NCBI GenBank assembly: GCA_045046875.1
Contig: JASFYY010000050.1
Span: 32,001-96,000, forward strand
Reading direction: 5' to 3'
Origin: Verrucomicrobiota bacterium
GTDB lineage: Bacteria > Verrucomicrobiota > Verrucomicrobiia > Verrucomicrobiales > DEV007
Length of the DNA stretch: 64,000 nucleotides
Below the pieces are notes generated by a model that was not told the origin of the DNA, did not search any database, and worked only from the letters and a program-made list of their open reading frames with translations. This document shows, piece after piece, positions 1 through 9,099 of this stretch. Numbering within the stretch: position 1 is the first letter of the stretch; every line of letters begins with the position of its first letter. A program made the position numbers and the translations under genes.

Positions 1-1
1 G

Positions 2-1369
2 AAAAACAATCAAGTAACTCGTTTGACGGTGCTGGCCAGTAAGGATCATCCAAGCGGAAACACGGACGACGTAAGATTGGCGATGGGTTTTATTACCTCC
101 AAAAAATCGACACCGGAGCAAAAATCGCAGGCCAGGAAGGTGTTGTCTGGCTTGGAGGGGCGTGGGGTGGACAAAGCGGTGTTAGCTGAACTTAAAACAG
201 CACAAACGTCTTTTCAGCGGGTGGTGTTGAGCCAGGCTCTGGCTAAACGAAACTATGAGGATGCGGTGCCGGATATTTTGACAGCTTTTGAAAGGGCCGC
301 TGGAGATCAAGAGCGTCTGGAGATTTTGAATTCGTTGCGGGTATTGGTGACGACGGACAACATTGCGCCAGTGCTGGATGGTTTGTCGAAGGAATACAGT
401 CTGCAAGTGCGCAACGCTTTGGAAAATATTGTGGTGGCGGCATTCCGGCGGGTTTCGGCCAGTAAGGAGAATCTTAAGCCGTTAACGGATCGTTTGGCTA
501 AAGCCAAGGGGATCGAACGCAGATCCCTGTGGCGGATTATAGGGATGCGTGGTGGTAACGAGACCAGGGATAGGTTGAAAAAAATCTTTGTCGACGAAAA
601 ACATGACCCGGATTACTTGCGGGATGCGGTGATTGGATTGGGGGGCTTGCCTACGGTTTCTAATATTTGGGTCACTGCGCGTGCTTACGACACTTCAGAG
701 GATGAAGTGTTGAAGGCAGCTGCAATCAAGGCATACGTCAGGGCGTTGGCCTTTCCTTCGTATAATAAAATTGCGGATAGAATCAGTTGGTGGAACAGGG
801 CCTTGACGATGGCGAAAAAACCCCAGGATGTGCACAAGGTTTTTTCAGCAGTGTCTGACTACACCGATCCCGAGGTGATTAAATTCCTTGAGGAAAAACA
901 GAAAGAAAAATCCTATGAGCCTTACGCCAAAGCGGCGATTAAAAAAATCAAAGAATTGGAAAAAGAAGCTCCAGTTCTCGAAGCCGGGCAATTATTGTCG
1001 GCTCACCGCCAGATCATTCGTGCGGATGGGGCTATTTTTGATCCTGATGTGCAGGCGATCGTCAACTGGGTGAAACCCGAGGCCTGGTTTGTCTGGCACT
1101 TCAAAATGAAGGAGGCTGGAGAGTATAAGGTCGAGGTATCGCAATCGTTACAAAGTGACGGAGAAAACAAATTTGATGTTTATATCAATGAAACTTCCTT
1201 CCATGGAGTGGCAGCGGATACGGGGGATTGGAATGATTATAAGTCCAATGCACTGAAAGAAACGGTCAAGCTTGAAGCGAATAAAACCTATGCTTTGTTT
1301 TTAAAAGCGGGTGATGTGACTCAACCGCGGATGATGAACTTCAAGGGTGTGCGTTTGCATAAAAAATAA
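2..1369 (+). CDS. HEAT/ARM-repeat protein with C-terminal CBM6/35-like (galactose-binding-like) beta-sandwich; 5'-truncated by window edge
   Basis: Frame is open from base 2 (KNNQVTRLTVL...). Helical HEAT-like repeats are followed by NWVKPEAWFVWHFKMKEAGEYKVEV...TGDWNDY, typical of CBM6-like domains. Confidence 0.6.
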   Translation, partial: KNNQVTRLTVLASKDHPSGNTDDVRLAMGFITSKKSTPEQKSQARKVLSGLEGRGVDKAVLAELKTAQTSFQRVVLSQALAKRNYEDAVPDILTAFERAAGDQERLEILNSLRVLVTTDNIAPVLDGLSKEYSLQVRNALENIVVAAFRRVSASKENLKPLTDRLAKAKGIERRSLWRIIGMRGGNETRDRLKKIFVDEKHDPDYLRDAVIGLGGLPTVSNIWVTARAYDTSEDEVLKAAAIKAYVRALAFPSYNKIADRISWWNRALTMAKKPQDVHKVFSAVSDYTDPEVIKFLEEKQKEKSYEPYAKAAIKKIKELEKEAPVLEAGQLLSAHRQIIRADGAIFDPDVQAIVNWVKPEAWFVWHFKMKEAGEYKVEVSQSLQSDGENKFDVYINETSFHGVAADTGDWNDYKSNALKETVKLEANKTYALFLKAGDVTQPRMMNFKGVRLHKK

Positions 1370-1399
1370 ACGCGACCCTTTGTGGCTGTTGTTTTAGTT

Positions 1400-1885
1400 T
1401 CAGCGCACGGTTTCCCAAGAGACCACGCGGTTTTTTTCAAAAACCACACTGGCACCCAATTTGGGAAGGTAAGTGACGCTGGTATCGTAGCCGAAATCAT
1501 TGCCGTAGTAACCACCGTAACCACCGTAGTGGTGTCCCCGTCCGAAAGAGTGCGGGCCGCCGTATCCGTATCCTCCGTATCCCAGGCTGACTCCTCTACT
1601 GTAAACGGGTTCGTAGCGAAGATAAGTCCAGGTTTCCTGCAAGCGTCCTTTGTGACTGCCTTTTTTCACTTCATCGGCACTGCCCCAGGCAAGATAAACG
1701 GCTTCTTTGCCCATGCCTTCGGTCACCCGGTGCTGTTGCACGAGGTTTTTGTGTTGATCGGAGAGCCTGGCAAAATAATCTGGATAGGCTGCGATTCGGG
1801 ATTGAGCGGTGGAGCTTACCGTGCAGCTGCTTTGTAGCAGGGTCAGGCCTGTGGCGGCGATGAGAATCAGGCTGGATTTTTTCAT
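1400..1885 (-). CDS. Lipoprotein with Gly/Tyr-rich loop (SmpA/OmlA-like core)
   Basis: Signal peptide with lipobox-like LQSSC; GMGKEAVYLAWGSAD...ETWTY...VVFEKNRVVSWE pattern; GYGGYGYGG low-complexity insert. Confidence 0.7.
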   Translation of the reverse strand: MKKSSLILIAATGLTLLQSSCTVSSTAQSRIAAYPDYFARLSDQHKNLVQQHRVTEGMGKEAVYLAWGSADEVKKGSHKGRLQETWTYLRYEPVYSRGVSLGYGGYGYGGPHSFGRGHHYGGYGGYYGNDFGYDTSVTYLPKLGASVVFEKNRVVSWETVR

Positions 1886-2068
1886 GTGTTGGTTGGCATT
1901 TTGACTTATGAAAGGCTGGTTTTATTCAAAAAATATCAGGCCAAATTCTGAGGATGCAAATGAAGGGAACATTGTCGCTTGTCGCAGGGGGCGGCATGGC
2001 CGATAAAGAGAGTGTCGCTGGGCTTGCTAGTATTTGAGCGGCAAGATGTAGCCGTTTGCGCAAAAAAG

Positions 2069-4864
2069 ATGAAACGATTATTTTTACTTGATGGCATGGC
2101 CCTGGTTTACCGGGCTCATTTTGCTCTGATTCGCAACCCTATCCTTACCTCCGGGGGGGTGAACACGTCGGCGGTGCATGGTTTCACCAATACTTTATTG
2201 TATTTGATCAAACAGCGGGAGCCGACCCATTTGGCGGTGGTTTTTGATACGTCGGCTCCGACGGTAAGGCATCAACGTTATCCGGAGTACAAGGCCAACC
2301 GTGACGCCATGCCCGAGGAGTTGAGCGCAGCGATTCCAGTGGTGAAGCAGATGATCAAGGCGTTTAATATACCGGTGATTGAGTTTGATGGTTACGAGGC
2401 GGATGACATCATTGGCACTCTGGCGACGGCGGCCGAGAAGGATGGGAATTTCGAGACTTACATGGTCACTCCGGATAAGGATTTTGCCCAGTTGGTGGCG
2501 GCTCGGACTTTTATGTATAAACCGGGGCGCAAGGGGGGGGATGACGAAATACTCGGGGTGGAGCAAATTTGCGAAAATTGGCAGATTGAGCGTCCGGAGC
2601 AAGTGATCGATATTCTGGGTTTGTGGGGGGATGCTTCGGATAATATTCCGGGTGTTCCGGGCATTGGCGAAAAAACGGCGAAAAAACTGGTGGCTCAATA
2701 TGGAGGAGTGGAAGGTTTGTTGCAGCACAGCCATGAGCTGAAGGGCAAACAAAAAGAGAATGTCGAGAATTTTGCCGAGCAGGCAAGGCTGTCTAGAGAG
2801 CTGGCAACGATCATCGTCGACGTGCCGCTTGAACTGACTCCAGATGATTTGGAATTACGGCAGCGGGACGAGGAGGCACTGCGCAGTCTTTTTGTGGAGC
2901 TGGAATTTAATACATTGGGCCGCAGGTTGTTTGGCAAGGACTTTCAAGCGGGGCGTGGTGGGGCGGCAAAAGCAGAGGGCGGGCCGCAGGCTGATTCCGG
3001 ATCAGGGCAGGATTTGCCGGTGGTTGAATTAAAAACGCTGGCTGATGTGGAGCATGATTATCGCAATATCGCTGCGGATGATGCGAAGGCGCGGGCTGCG
3101 TTTATCGAAGAGCTAGCTCAGCAGGACAGTTTTTGTTTTGATACGGAAACTTCCAGTTTGGGCGTTAAAGATACTCAATTGCTGGGTATCGCTTTTTCGT
3201 GGCAGGCGCATGAGGGGGTGTATGTGGAGATGCCTGCTGGGGAAGATGCAACGCGACAGGTGTTGGAGGAGTTTCGCCAGGTTTTTGAAAACGAGAGCAC
3301 GGAGAAAATAGGCCATCATTTGAAGTTTGATTTGGCGGTGTTGTTTTGGAAAGGTCTGCGGGTGGGTGGCAAGCTGTTTGATACGATGTTGGCCCATACT
3401 TTGGTGGAACCCGATCAGAAGCACCAGATGGACAAGGTCTCGGAAATGTTGCTTGCTTACACACCGGTATCGATCGAGTCGTTGATCGGAGCCAAAGCGG
3501 ATAAAGGTGGGCAGCTCAGCATGCTGGACATCGTCGAGGAGAAGTCGGAAGAGATTGCTGAATACGCTGCCGAGGATGCAGATGTGACCTGGCAGTTGGC
3601 GCAGATTTTGCGGCAGCAGCTCAAAACGTCGGGGCAGGAAAAGGTTTTTTATGAGATTGAGAGTCCACTGACGCCGGTGTTGGTGGCGATGGAGGCAGAG
3701 GGGGTGGCCTTGGATACGGCAGTGCTGAGAAAGATTGGTCTTGAGTTGGGAGAGCAGATCTTCGCTTTGCGTGAGAGTATTTCTGCAGCGGCAGGGAGGG
3801 ATTTTAATCTCAATTCTCCCAAGCAGTTGGGCGAAGTTCTTTTTGATGAACTGAAATTGTTGGAGAAGCCAAAGAAGACCAAGACCGGACAGTATAAAAC
3901 CGATGAGAAAGTTTTGTCGTCTTTGGCAACGGATCATAAGATTGTCAGGGAAATTTTGGAATACCGCGAGGCGTCGAAATTAAAGAACACTTATGTGGAT
4001 ACTTTACCCGAGGCGATTTTTGCTAAAACCGGGCGGGTACACACAACGTTTCTGCAGATGATGACGGCGACCGGTCGTTTGTCATCGAATCAGCCTAACC
4101 TGCAAAATATCCCTATTCGAACTGAGCAAGGCAGAGCCATCCGTGGCGCTTTTGTGGCACGGGATGAAGAGCACTTGTTGTTATCGGCTGATTATTCGCA
4201 GATTGAGTTGCGGGTGATGGCGTCGCTCAGCGGCGATCTAGCAATGACGGAGGCTTTTAATGCGGGACTGGATATTCACACTGCGACGGCGGCGCGGGTT
4301 TACGGAGTGGAACTGGATGCAGTGGAGGCCGAAATGCGACGCACCGCCAAGATGGTGAATTTTGGAATCATTTATGGCATTTCTGCTTTTGGTTTGTCTC
4401 AGCGTTTGGGAATCGCGCGCAGGGAGGCGAGTGAGATCATCGAGGAATATTTAAAGCAATATGCCGGAGTGAAAACCTTCATGGATGCAACTATTGAGAG
4501 TGCGCGAGAGCAGGGTTATGTGGAAACGCTGAGTGGACGGCGGCGTTTGCTATCGGGGATCAATGACCGCAATGCGTTGGTGAGAAGTGCCGCCGAGCGG
4601 ACGGCGATCAATACTCCGATTCAGGGCACAGCGGCGGACATGATCAAGTTGGCGATGGTGAAAGTTGCCGATACGTTGAAAGAGCGTGAATTAAAAACCC
4701 GCATGATTTTGCAGGTGCACGATGAGCTGGTGTTTGATTTGTTACGGGAGGAACAGCAGGAGGTCGACGAGTTGGTTGAAGAATGTATGAAGTCAGCTTT
4801 GCCGTTGAAGGTGCCGATTGTGGTGGAGACCGGAGTAGGGGAATCCTGGCTTGAGGCGCATTGA
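2069..4864 (+). CDS. polA: DNA polymerase I
   Basis: 5'-3' exonuclease (LLDGMALVYRAHFA, EADDIIGT, DKDFAQL, GDASDNIPGVPGIGEKTA), 3'-5' exonuclease (FDTET, YAAEDAD), polymerase motifs (ADYSQIELR, KMVNFGIIYG, QVHDEL). Start placed at ATG 2069. Confidence 0.98.
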   Translation: MKRLFLLDGMALVYRAHFALIRNPILTSGGVNTSAVHGFTNTLLYLIKQREPTHLAVVFDTSAPTVRHQRYPEYKANRDAMPEELSAAIPVVKQMIKAFNIPVIEFDGYEADDIIGTLATAAEKDGNFETYMVTPDKDFAQLVAARTFMYKPGRKGGDDEILGVEQICENWQIERPEQVIDILGLWGDASDNIPGVPGIGEKTAKKLVAQYGGVEGLLQHSHELKGKQKENVENFAEQARLSRELATIIVDVPLELTPDDLELRQRDEEALRSLFVELEFNTLGRRLFGKDFQAGRGGAAKAEGGPQADSGSGQDLPVVELKTLADVEHDYRNIAADDAKARAAFIEELAQQDSFCFDTETSSLGVKDTQLLGIAFSWQAHEGVYVEMPAGEDATRQVLEEFRQVFENESTEKIGHHLKFDLAVLFWKGLRVGGKLFDTMLAHTLVEPDQKHQMDKVSEMLLAYTPVSIESLIGAKADKGGQLSMLDIVEEKSEEIAEYAAEDADVTWQLAQILRQQLKTSGQEKVFYEIESPLTPVLVAMEAEGVALDTAVLRKIGLELGEQIFALRESISAAAGRDFNLNSPKQLGEVLFDELKLLEKPKKTKTGQYKTDEKVLSSLATDHKIVREILEYREASKLKNTYVDTLPEAIFAKTGRVHTTFLQMMTATGRLSSNQPNLQNIPIRTEQGRAIRGAFVARDEEHLLLSADYSQIELRVMASLSGDLAMTEAFNAGLDIHTATAARVYGVELDAVEAEMRRTAKMVNFGIIYGISAFGLSQRLGIARREASEIIEEYLKQYAGVKTFMDATIESAREQGYVETLSGRRRLLSGINDRNALVRSAAERTAINTPIQGTAADMIKLAMVKVADTLKERELKTRMILQVHDELVFDLLREEQQEVDELVEECMKSALPLKVPIVVETGVGESWLEAH

Positions 4865-4876
4865 TAGTTTGGACCG

Positions 4877-6394
4877 ATGGACAAAAAGGAAAACAACCGG
4901 AATTTGCTCGGAAACCAGTCGCTAGGTGGAGGCAGGCGGGCGGGTAAGCCTCTGTGGGCAAGATTGGGTTTTGTCGTTTTTTTGTTGTTGTTCAACGCGG
5001 TGTATTTTTTTCTCGCGACGCAGTTGTTCTATCAGACGAATCAGGATCGTTTGAATCGTGATCAAGAACACAATATCAGCATGGCTGAACGGACTTTGCA
5101 GCGGGAGCAGGCTGAAGCCAAGCCCGGAGATGATATCACGGCTTCGATGTGGCGGAAGCTGCCACATTATACCGATGGCGTGGTGAATCCCTTATGGCCG
5201 TGGATCGCGGCGCGTTTTCAGAGCGAGGATCACGAGACTTTTTTCCAGCGGGGCAAATGGTTCAATATTGTTCTGACGGCTGTGTTTTTGAATTTATTGG
5301 GCTTGGTCTGTGCGAGGGTTTTCTCGATTCCGGGAGCGATCAATCTGGTCTTGATTGGTGGTTTCGGGGCTTTTTTGCCCAGAGCGGTGTATTTTCAGCC
5401 TGAATCCTTGTATTACATTTTATTTTTTGCGACCTGGGTCTGTTGTCTGGCGCTGATGCGTCATAATGAGCTGTGGTTGTATGCTTTGCTCGGGGTATTT
5501 GCCGGTCTGGCTTATTTGGCCAAATCATCGGTGCAACCCTTGTTGTTGGTTTTCCTAGGGGTGACGGCTTTGCGCTTTGTGGTGGAGGTTTTTCGTCGCC
5601 GCCGGGGTAAAACTCCGGATTCACGTTGGCATCCGCAAAATCATTTTATAGGGATGGCCGTATTGTTGATGAGTTTCTTGATGGTGGCCGGGCCACGCTT
5701 GAGTTTTGCCAATGAACAGTATGGCGACCCTTTCCATTCTTATCCGGGTTATTGGCTGTGGATGGATCACTTTGAGGATGGTTATCAGTTTATGGCGGAT
5801 CACGGAGATAAGGAGAGTTTGCAGAACATCACCGATGAGAATAAACCTTCGATGGGCAACTATGTGCGATCGCATAGTAATGAGGAGATGTGGCAGCGTA
5901 TGCGGGACGGGGTGGAGACCAAGGTGGGTGGCATGCTTTACCCGCAAAAAACGAGGCAGAACAAGGTGCGCAATCGGGAGTGGAAACAGCTGCTTCCTGA
6001 TCGCGGAAAATATTTGTTGGCTTTGTTGGTGATCGCGGTGGCGATGGCCTTGTTGAGTTGGTGGAGCTTACGCGGAATGAATAAGGCGGATCTGCGTAGT
6101 ACTTCGTGGAGCGGGCTGTGGATGCTGATGTTCGCTGCGGGGGCTTTTGTTTTGTATGCGATGGCTTATGGGTTTTACACGCCGATCGGTAAGGGGGATA
6201 GGTTTATGTTGTCGTTGTACTTGCCCTTGGTGCTGACTTTTATCTGGTTGGCCGAGCGACTGAGGCGACGGGCGAGCAAGATCGGCGGCAGCCGTTATGC
6301 CGGAGTTTTGTATGCCTTGTTGCATCTGGGTTTGACCGTGGTGGTGATCTTGCGAGTGGTGGAGTTGGTTGAAACTCCTTTGTTCAGGGGTTGA
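4877..6394 (+). CDS. Polytopic membrane protein, possibly GT-C (ArnT/PMT-like) glycosyltransferase
   Basis: Many hydrophobic segments; NPLWPW, QPESLY and GLAYLAKSS resemble GT-C superfamily patterns; starts 12 bp after polA. Confidence 0.55.
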   Translation: MDKKENNRNLLGNQSLGGGRRAGKPLWARLGFVVFLLLFNAVYFFLATQLFYQTNQDRLNRDQEHNISMAERTLQREQAEAKPGDDITASMWRKLPHYTDGVVNPLWPWIAARFQSEDHETFFQRGKWFNIVLTAVFLNLLGLVCARVFSIPGAINLVLIGGFGAFLPRAVYFQPESLYYILFFATWVCCLALMRHNELWLYALLGVFAGLAYLAKSSVQPLLLVFLGVTALRFVVEVFRRRRGKTPDSRWHPQNHFIGMAVLLMSFLMVAGPRLSFANEQYGDPFHSYPGYWLWMDHFEDGYQFMADHGDKESLQNITDENKPSMGNYVRSHSNEEMWQRMRDGVETKVGGMLYPQKTRQNKVRNREWKQLLPDRGKYLLALLVIAVAMALLSWWSLRGMNKADLRSTSWSGLWMLMFAAGAFVLYAMAYGFYTPIGKGDRFMLSLYLPLVLTFIWLAERLRRRASKIGGSRYAGVLYALLHLGLTVVVILRVVELVETPLFRG

Positions 6395-6408
6395 GGGGGG
6401 AGGATTAG

Positions 6409-6473
6409 AACCGCGAATGGGCACAGTCGACTGAAAAGGAGGGCAAATTGCCCGAAGGCAAATAAACCCGAAT
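6409..6473 (+). repeat. Decamer-periodic intergenic element (family A) carrying a family-B insert
   Basis: AACCGCGAAT GGGCAC [AGTCGACTGAAAAGGAGGGCAAATTGCCCGAAGGCA] AAT AAACCCGAAT; related to copies at 49361, 52238 and 63507. Confidence 0.65.
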
Positions 6474-6528
6474 GGGAGAAGATGCCTGAGTGTAATGCCG
6501 CTACGAGCAAAGAGGGAACGTGGAGGAT

Positions 6529-6807
6529 TTATTCTTTCGAATGGATCTTCTCCTTTTCGGCTTCGTTTTCGTTGCGCAGGCGTTGAAGCTCGCGGCTGCG
6601 TTGTTCTTCGAGTGGCGCGATTTGATCGAATTGGCCGTTTTGCATGGCCTTTGAGATTTGCTCACCGAGGAACAGTTCTTTTTCGGCAATTTTGGCTTTG
6701 AACTTGTCGTCGATTTCGGCAATCCGTTTGCGTTGTTCGTCGCTAAGCCTGGGGCGGGGACTGGATTGGTCCAGCTTTTCCATGGCGAGTTCGTAAGCGC
6801 TTTTCAT
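6529..6807 (-). CDS. Small coiled-coil hypothetical protein (MKSAYELAMEKL...)
   Basis: 92-aa charged helical ORF with clean ATG start, in a run of minus-strand genes. Confidence 0.75.
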   Translation of the reverse strand: MKSAYELAMEKLDQSSPRPRLSDEQRKRIAEIDDKFKAKIAEKELFLGEQISKAMQNGQFDQIAPLEEQRSRELQRLRNENEAEKEKIHSKE

Positions 6808-6863
6808 GATCGCAAAATGGGTTGGTGATTTTTGGCAAAAAATTCAAAAGAGCTCTCGGGTTA

Positions 6864-7367
6864 TCAATCCTGGGAGAAACTCAATCGTTCGTCACTTTCG
6901 ATCAAAGCATTGAGTTCTGGCCAGCCGTCGACTTTTTGCATTTGGAAGACGTGCAGATAAATTTTGACGATTTCCTGCGGGTGGGTTTCGAGTAAATTTT
7001 CAACTGCGCTTTTGAGTTTCTCGGCATCAAGGCTCTCGGGCAGATTGTCGACGGAGCCTTCGCCGTCATGTTCGACGCCCATGGCGTCGAGAAAGTCGAT
7101 CAAGAGTTGGCGTTGTTTGTTGAGCAGCCACATTTGCAAGACGTGTTCGTCGATGCCGTTGGCAATTTTCATTTTTGACATTTTACACAGCCAGGCGATT
7201 TGGTCGGCAGGTGTTTTTTTGAGGATGAATATCGGACGCAGTTTGCGCTGCTCGGCCAGCGAGGCCACCAGTCCTTGGTAGGTTTCTTTTTCGTCACTGC
7301 GCAGGTAAGCGAAGATATCAGTGGCGAGTTGTGGCTCGATTTGTTGAAAGATTTGATAGGCGTTCAT
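6864..7367 (-). CDS. Hypothetical protein
   Basis: Protein-like composition from MNAYQIFQQ (ATG 7367). The longer ORF start would overlap the neighbouring gene. Confidence 0.75.
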   Translation of the reverse strand: MNAYQIFQQIEPQLATDIFAYLRSDEKETYQGLVASLAEQRKLRPIFILKKTPADQIAWLCKMSKMKIANGIDEHVLQMWLLNKQRQLLIDFLDAMGVEHDGEGSVDNLPESLDAEKLKSAVENLLETHPQEIVKIYLHVFQMQKVDGWPELNALIESDERLSFSQD

Positions 7368-7408
7368 GCAAGGCAAAGGGAAATCCTTTAGGGGCACTTG
7401 TCCAGTGT

Positions 7409-8911
7409 TTATACTTTGACCATGCGGTTGAGGATATTGCGGGTGATTTGTTGGATACGGGCATCGGGTCCCTGGGGAGCGGTGTAGGCTTTGGGTCGCA
7501 CGTATCCTGGAGGGGCGCTGAGGCCGTCGGCCCACCAGCAGGTGGAGGCGTTGAAGACAAAATTATTTTTAGGACCGGGGTAAACGGTGGCGGTGTAGGT
7601 GCCACCGTTCAGTTTACCGGGCGCGCTTTGGGTAGGTGCCGTGGCGACGATTTCGAGGCCGGAGATATTGGCCGGATCCCCATGCCATTCCCAACCGATG
7701 ACACCGGGGATGCGATCGTCTTGTTTCATTCCGGTATCTTGGTAAATCCAGTGATCAGGTTTGCTGCAAACCCAATCGGCACCGCCGGTGACGGGGCCGG
7801 TGCTGTGTGCTCCCATCAAAGCGTTGCCGTAGGGCGGCACGTGTTCGAGGGATTTCATCATCTCAAATTCGCGGGTGCCGCCGGGAGGGCCAAAAACCCC
7901 GATTCTTTCAAAAGCCTGGTTTTTTTCATCTTGCAGGATGCGCCCGCAAACGGCGTTGCCGGAGAAAAAACCAACATTGAGTCCTTGCTCGATCGCTTGT
8001 TTGACGTTGTTATACATCTCGATCGTCCAATACTCGTCGTGTCCGATACTGAGGAAACCTTTGGCTCGTTTCAGTCCGTCGGCATCATGGTGAGTATCGA
8101 GGTTGGAAATATAAGTCAGGTCGTAACCCAGTGATTCCATCCAGTAGGCGAAGGGGAATTCCCAGAGGAAAAATTCACCGGATCCGGTTGAAAGTGGTGC
8201 GTCGACAATTTGGCAATATTTACCGTAGGGGCGACGGTAGCTGACCTGTATATCTTTGCCCCAGTACCATTTGTGCTTGCCGTTATCGTAAAGGGAAAAC
8301 TGGGATGGCCAGCGATTGTAAGCCTGCCAGGTGTTATCGCTACATTGGAAGAGGTAATCTGCCTGGCGGTCATCACGTATGATGAAGGTGAGGTAGCTTT
8401 GCAGTCCGGTTTTGCTTTCGGTGATTTTACCCACATAGACTCCGCTGAGCCAATCTGCAGGGATGGTCAATTCGGTGCAGGCATCCCAGTCACATATGCG
8501 CACGCGTTTTTCGCCGATGGGTGGGTCGCTTTGCGTTTTTCCTTTGAATGAACCGAGTTGTTTCATCAGCCGCCCGCCTTTACCCTGATAATAACCGAGG
8601 CGATAGAGGTCGATGGTGAAGGGTGCATCGTCGTAGGTGCTGACATGAAAACTAATGGTTTCTCCCGCTCGCACACTGGCCTTTGAGGCATAACCCTCCA
8701 CCCATGGGCAGCGGTATTTGCTGTCTGGATCAATCCTGGCGTTTTTTAACATCCAGTCACGGGTTCCGGATTTGGAATTTTCATCGGTAATGATACCGGG
8801 CAGAGGTTTGGCAGCAGCAGCGCTTACGTTTTTGGAGAAGTGGCTGGCCAGAGCGGCAGTGCTGGCCACTGTCATTTGCTTGAGGGTATCGCGGCGGGTG
8901 AAATCATTCAT
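7409..8911 (-). CDS. Tat-exported N,N-dimethylformamidase beta-subunit-like domain protein
   Basis: Tat signal TRRDTL; EGYASKASVRAGETISFHVS, IDLYRLGYYQGKGGR, TWQAYNRW, GHDEYW and FFSGN match this family. Confidence 0.8.
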   Translation of the reverse strand: MNDFTRRDTLKQMTVASTAALASHFSKNVSAAAAKPLPGIITDENSKSGTRDWMLKNARIDPDSKYRCPWVEGYASKASVRAGETISFHVSTYDDAPFTIDLYRLGYYQGKGGRLMKQLGSFKGKTQSDPPIGEKRVRICDWDACTELTIPADWLSGVYVGKITESKTGLQSYLTFIIRDDRQADYLFQCSDNTWQAYNRWPSQFSLYDNGKHKWYWGKDIQVSYRRPYGKYCQIVDAPLSTGSGEFFLWEFPFAYWMESLGYDLTYISNLDTHHDADGLKRAKGFLSIGHDEYWTIEMYNNVKQAIEQGLNVGFFSGNAVCGRILQDEKNQAFERIGVFGPPGGTREFEMMKSLEHVPPYGNALMGAHSTGPVTGGADWVCSKPDHWIYQDTGMKQDDRIPGVIGWEWHGDPANISGLEIVATAPTQSAPGKLNGGTYTATVYPGPKNNFVFNASTCWWADGLSAPPGYVRPKAYTAPQGPDARIQQITRNILNRMVKV

Positions 8912-9099
8912 GATTGAAGGGGGGGGGGGAGGGTTTTCGTAAATAAACGCGAAAAGTGAAATGTTGTCACTGGATAAAATTTATAACTACTTTACAAATA
9001 GGGAAAGGGCTTTGTGGGATTTTATAATAAAATTGCGAGATAGTGTAAAGCGACTCAGTTAGGTTTGGGTTTCCCCAATTCCACCCCCCTTGTATTATT

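Noticed and set aside
1500..1580. Short tandem repeats (TAACCACCG x2, CCGTAT) in the lipoprotein gene
   Set aside because: They simply encode the Gly/Tyr-rich loop.
3305..3331. PolA ExoII motif reads GHHLKFD rather than GxNxKYD
   Set aside because: The acidic catalytic residues of ExoI, II and III are present; not enough to claim loss of proofreading.
8919..8953. G11 tract near the 8911 start as a phase-variation site; adjacent AATAAACGCGAA
   Set aside because: Intergenic, and similar G runs precede several family-A repeats, so more likely a decayed repeat; no evidence of length variation.
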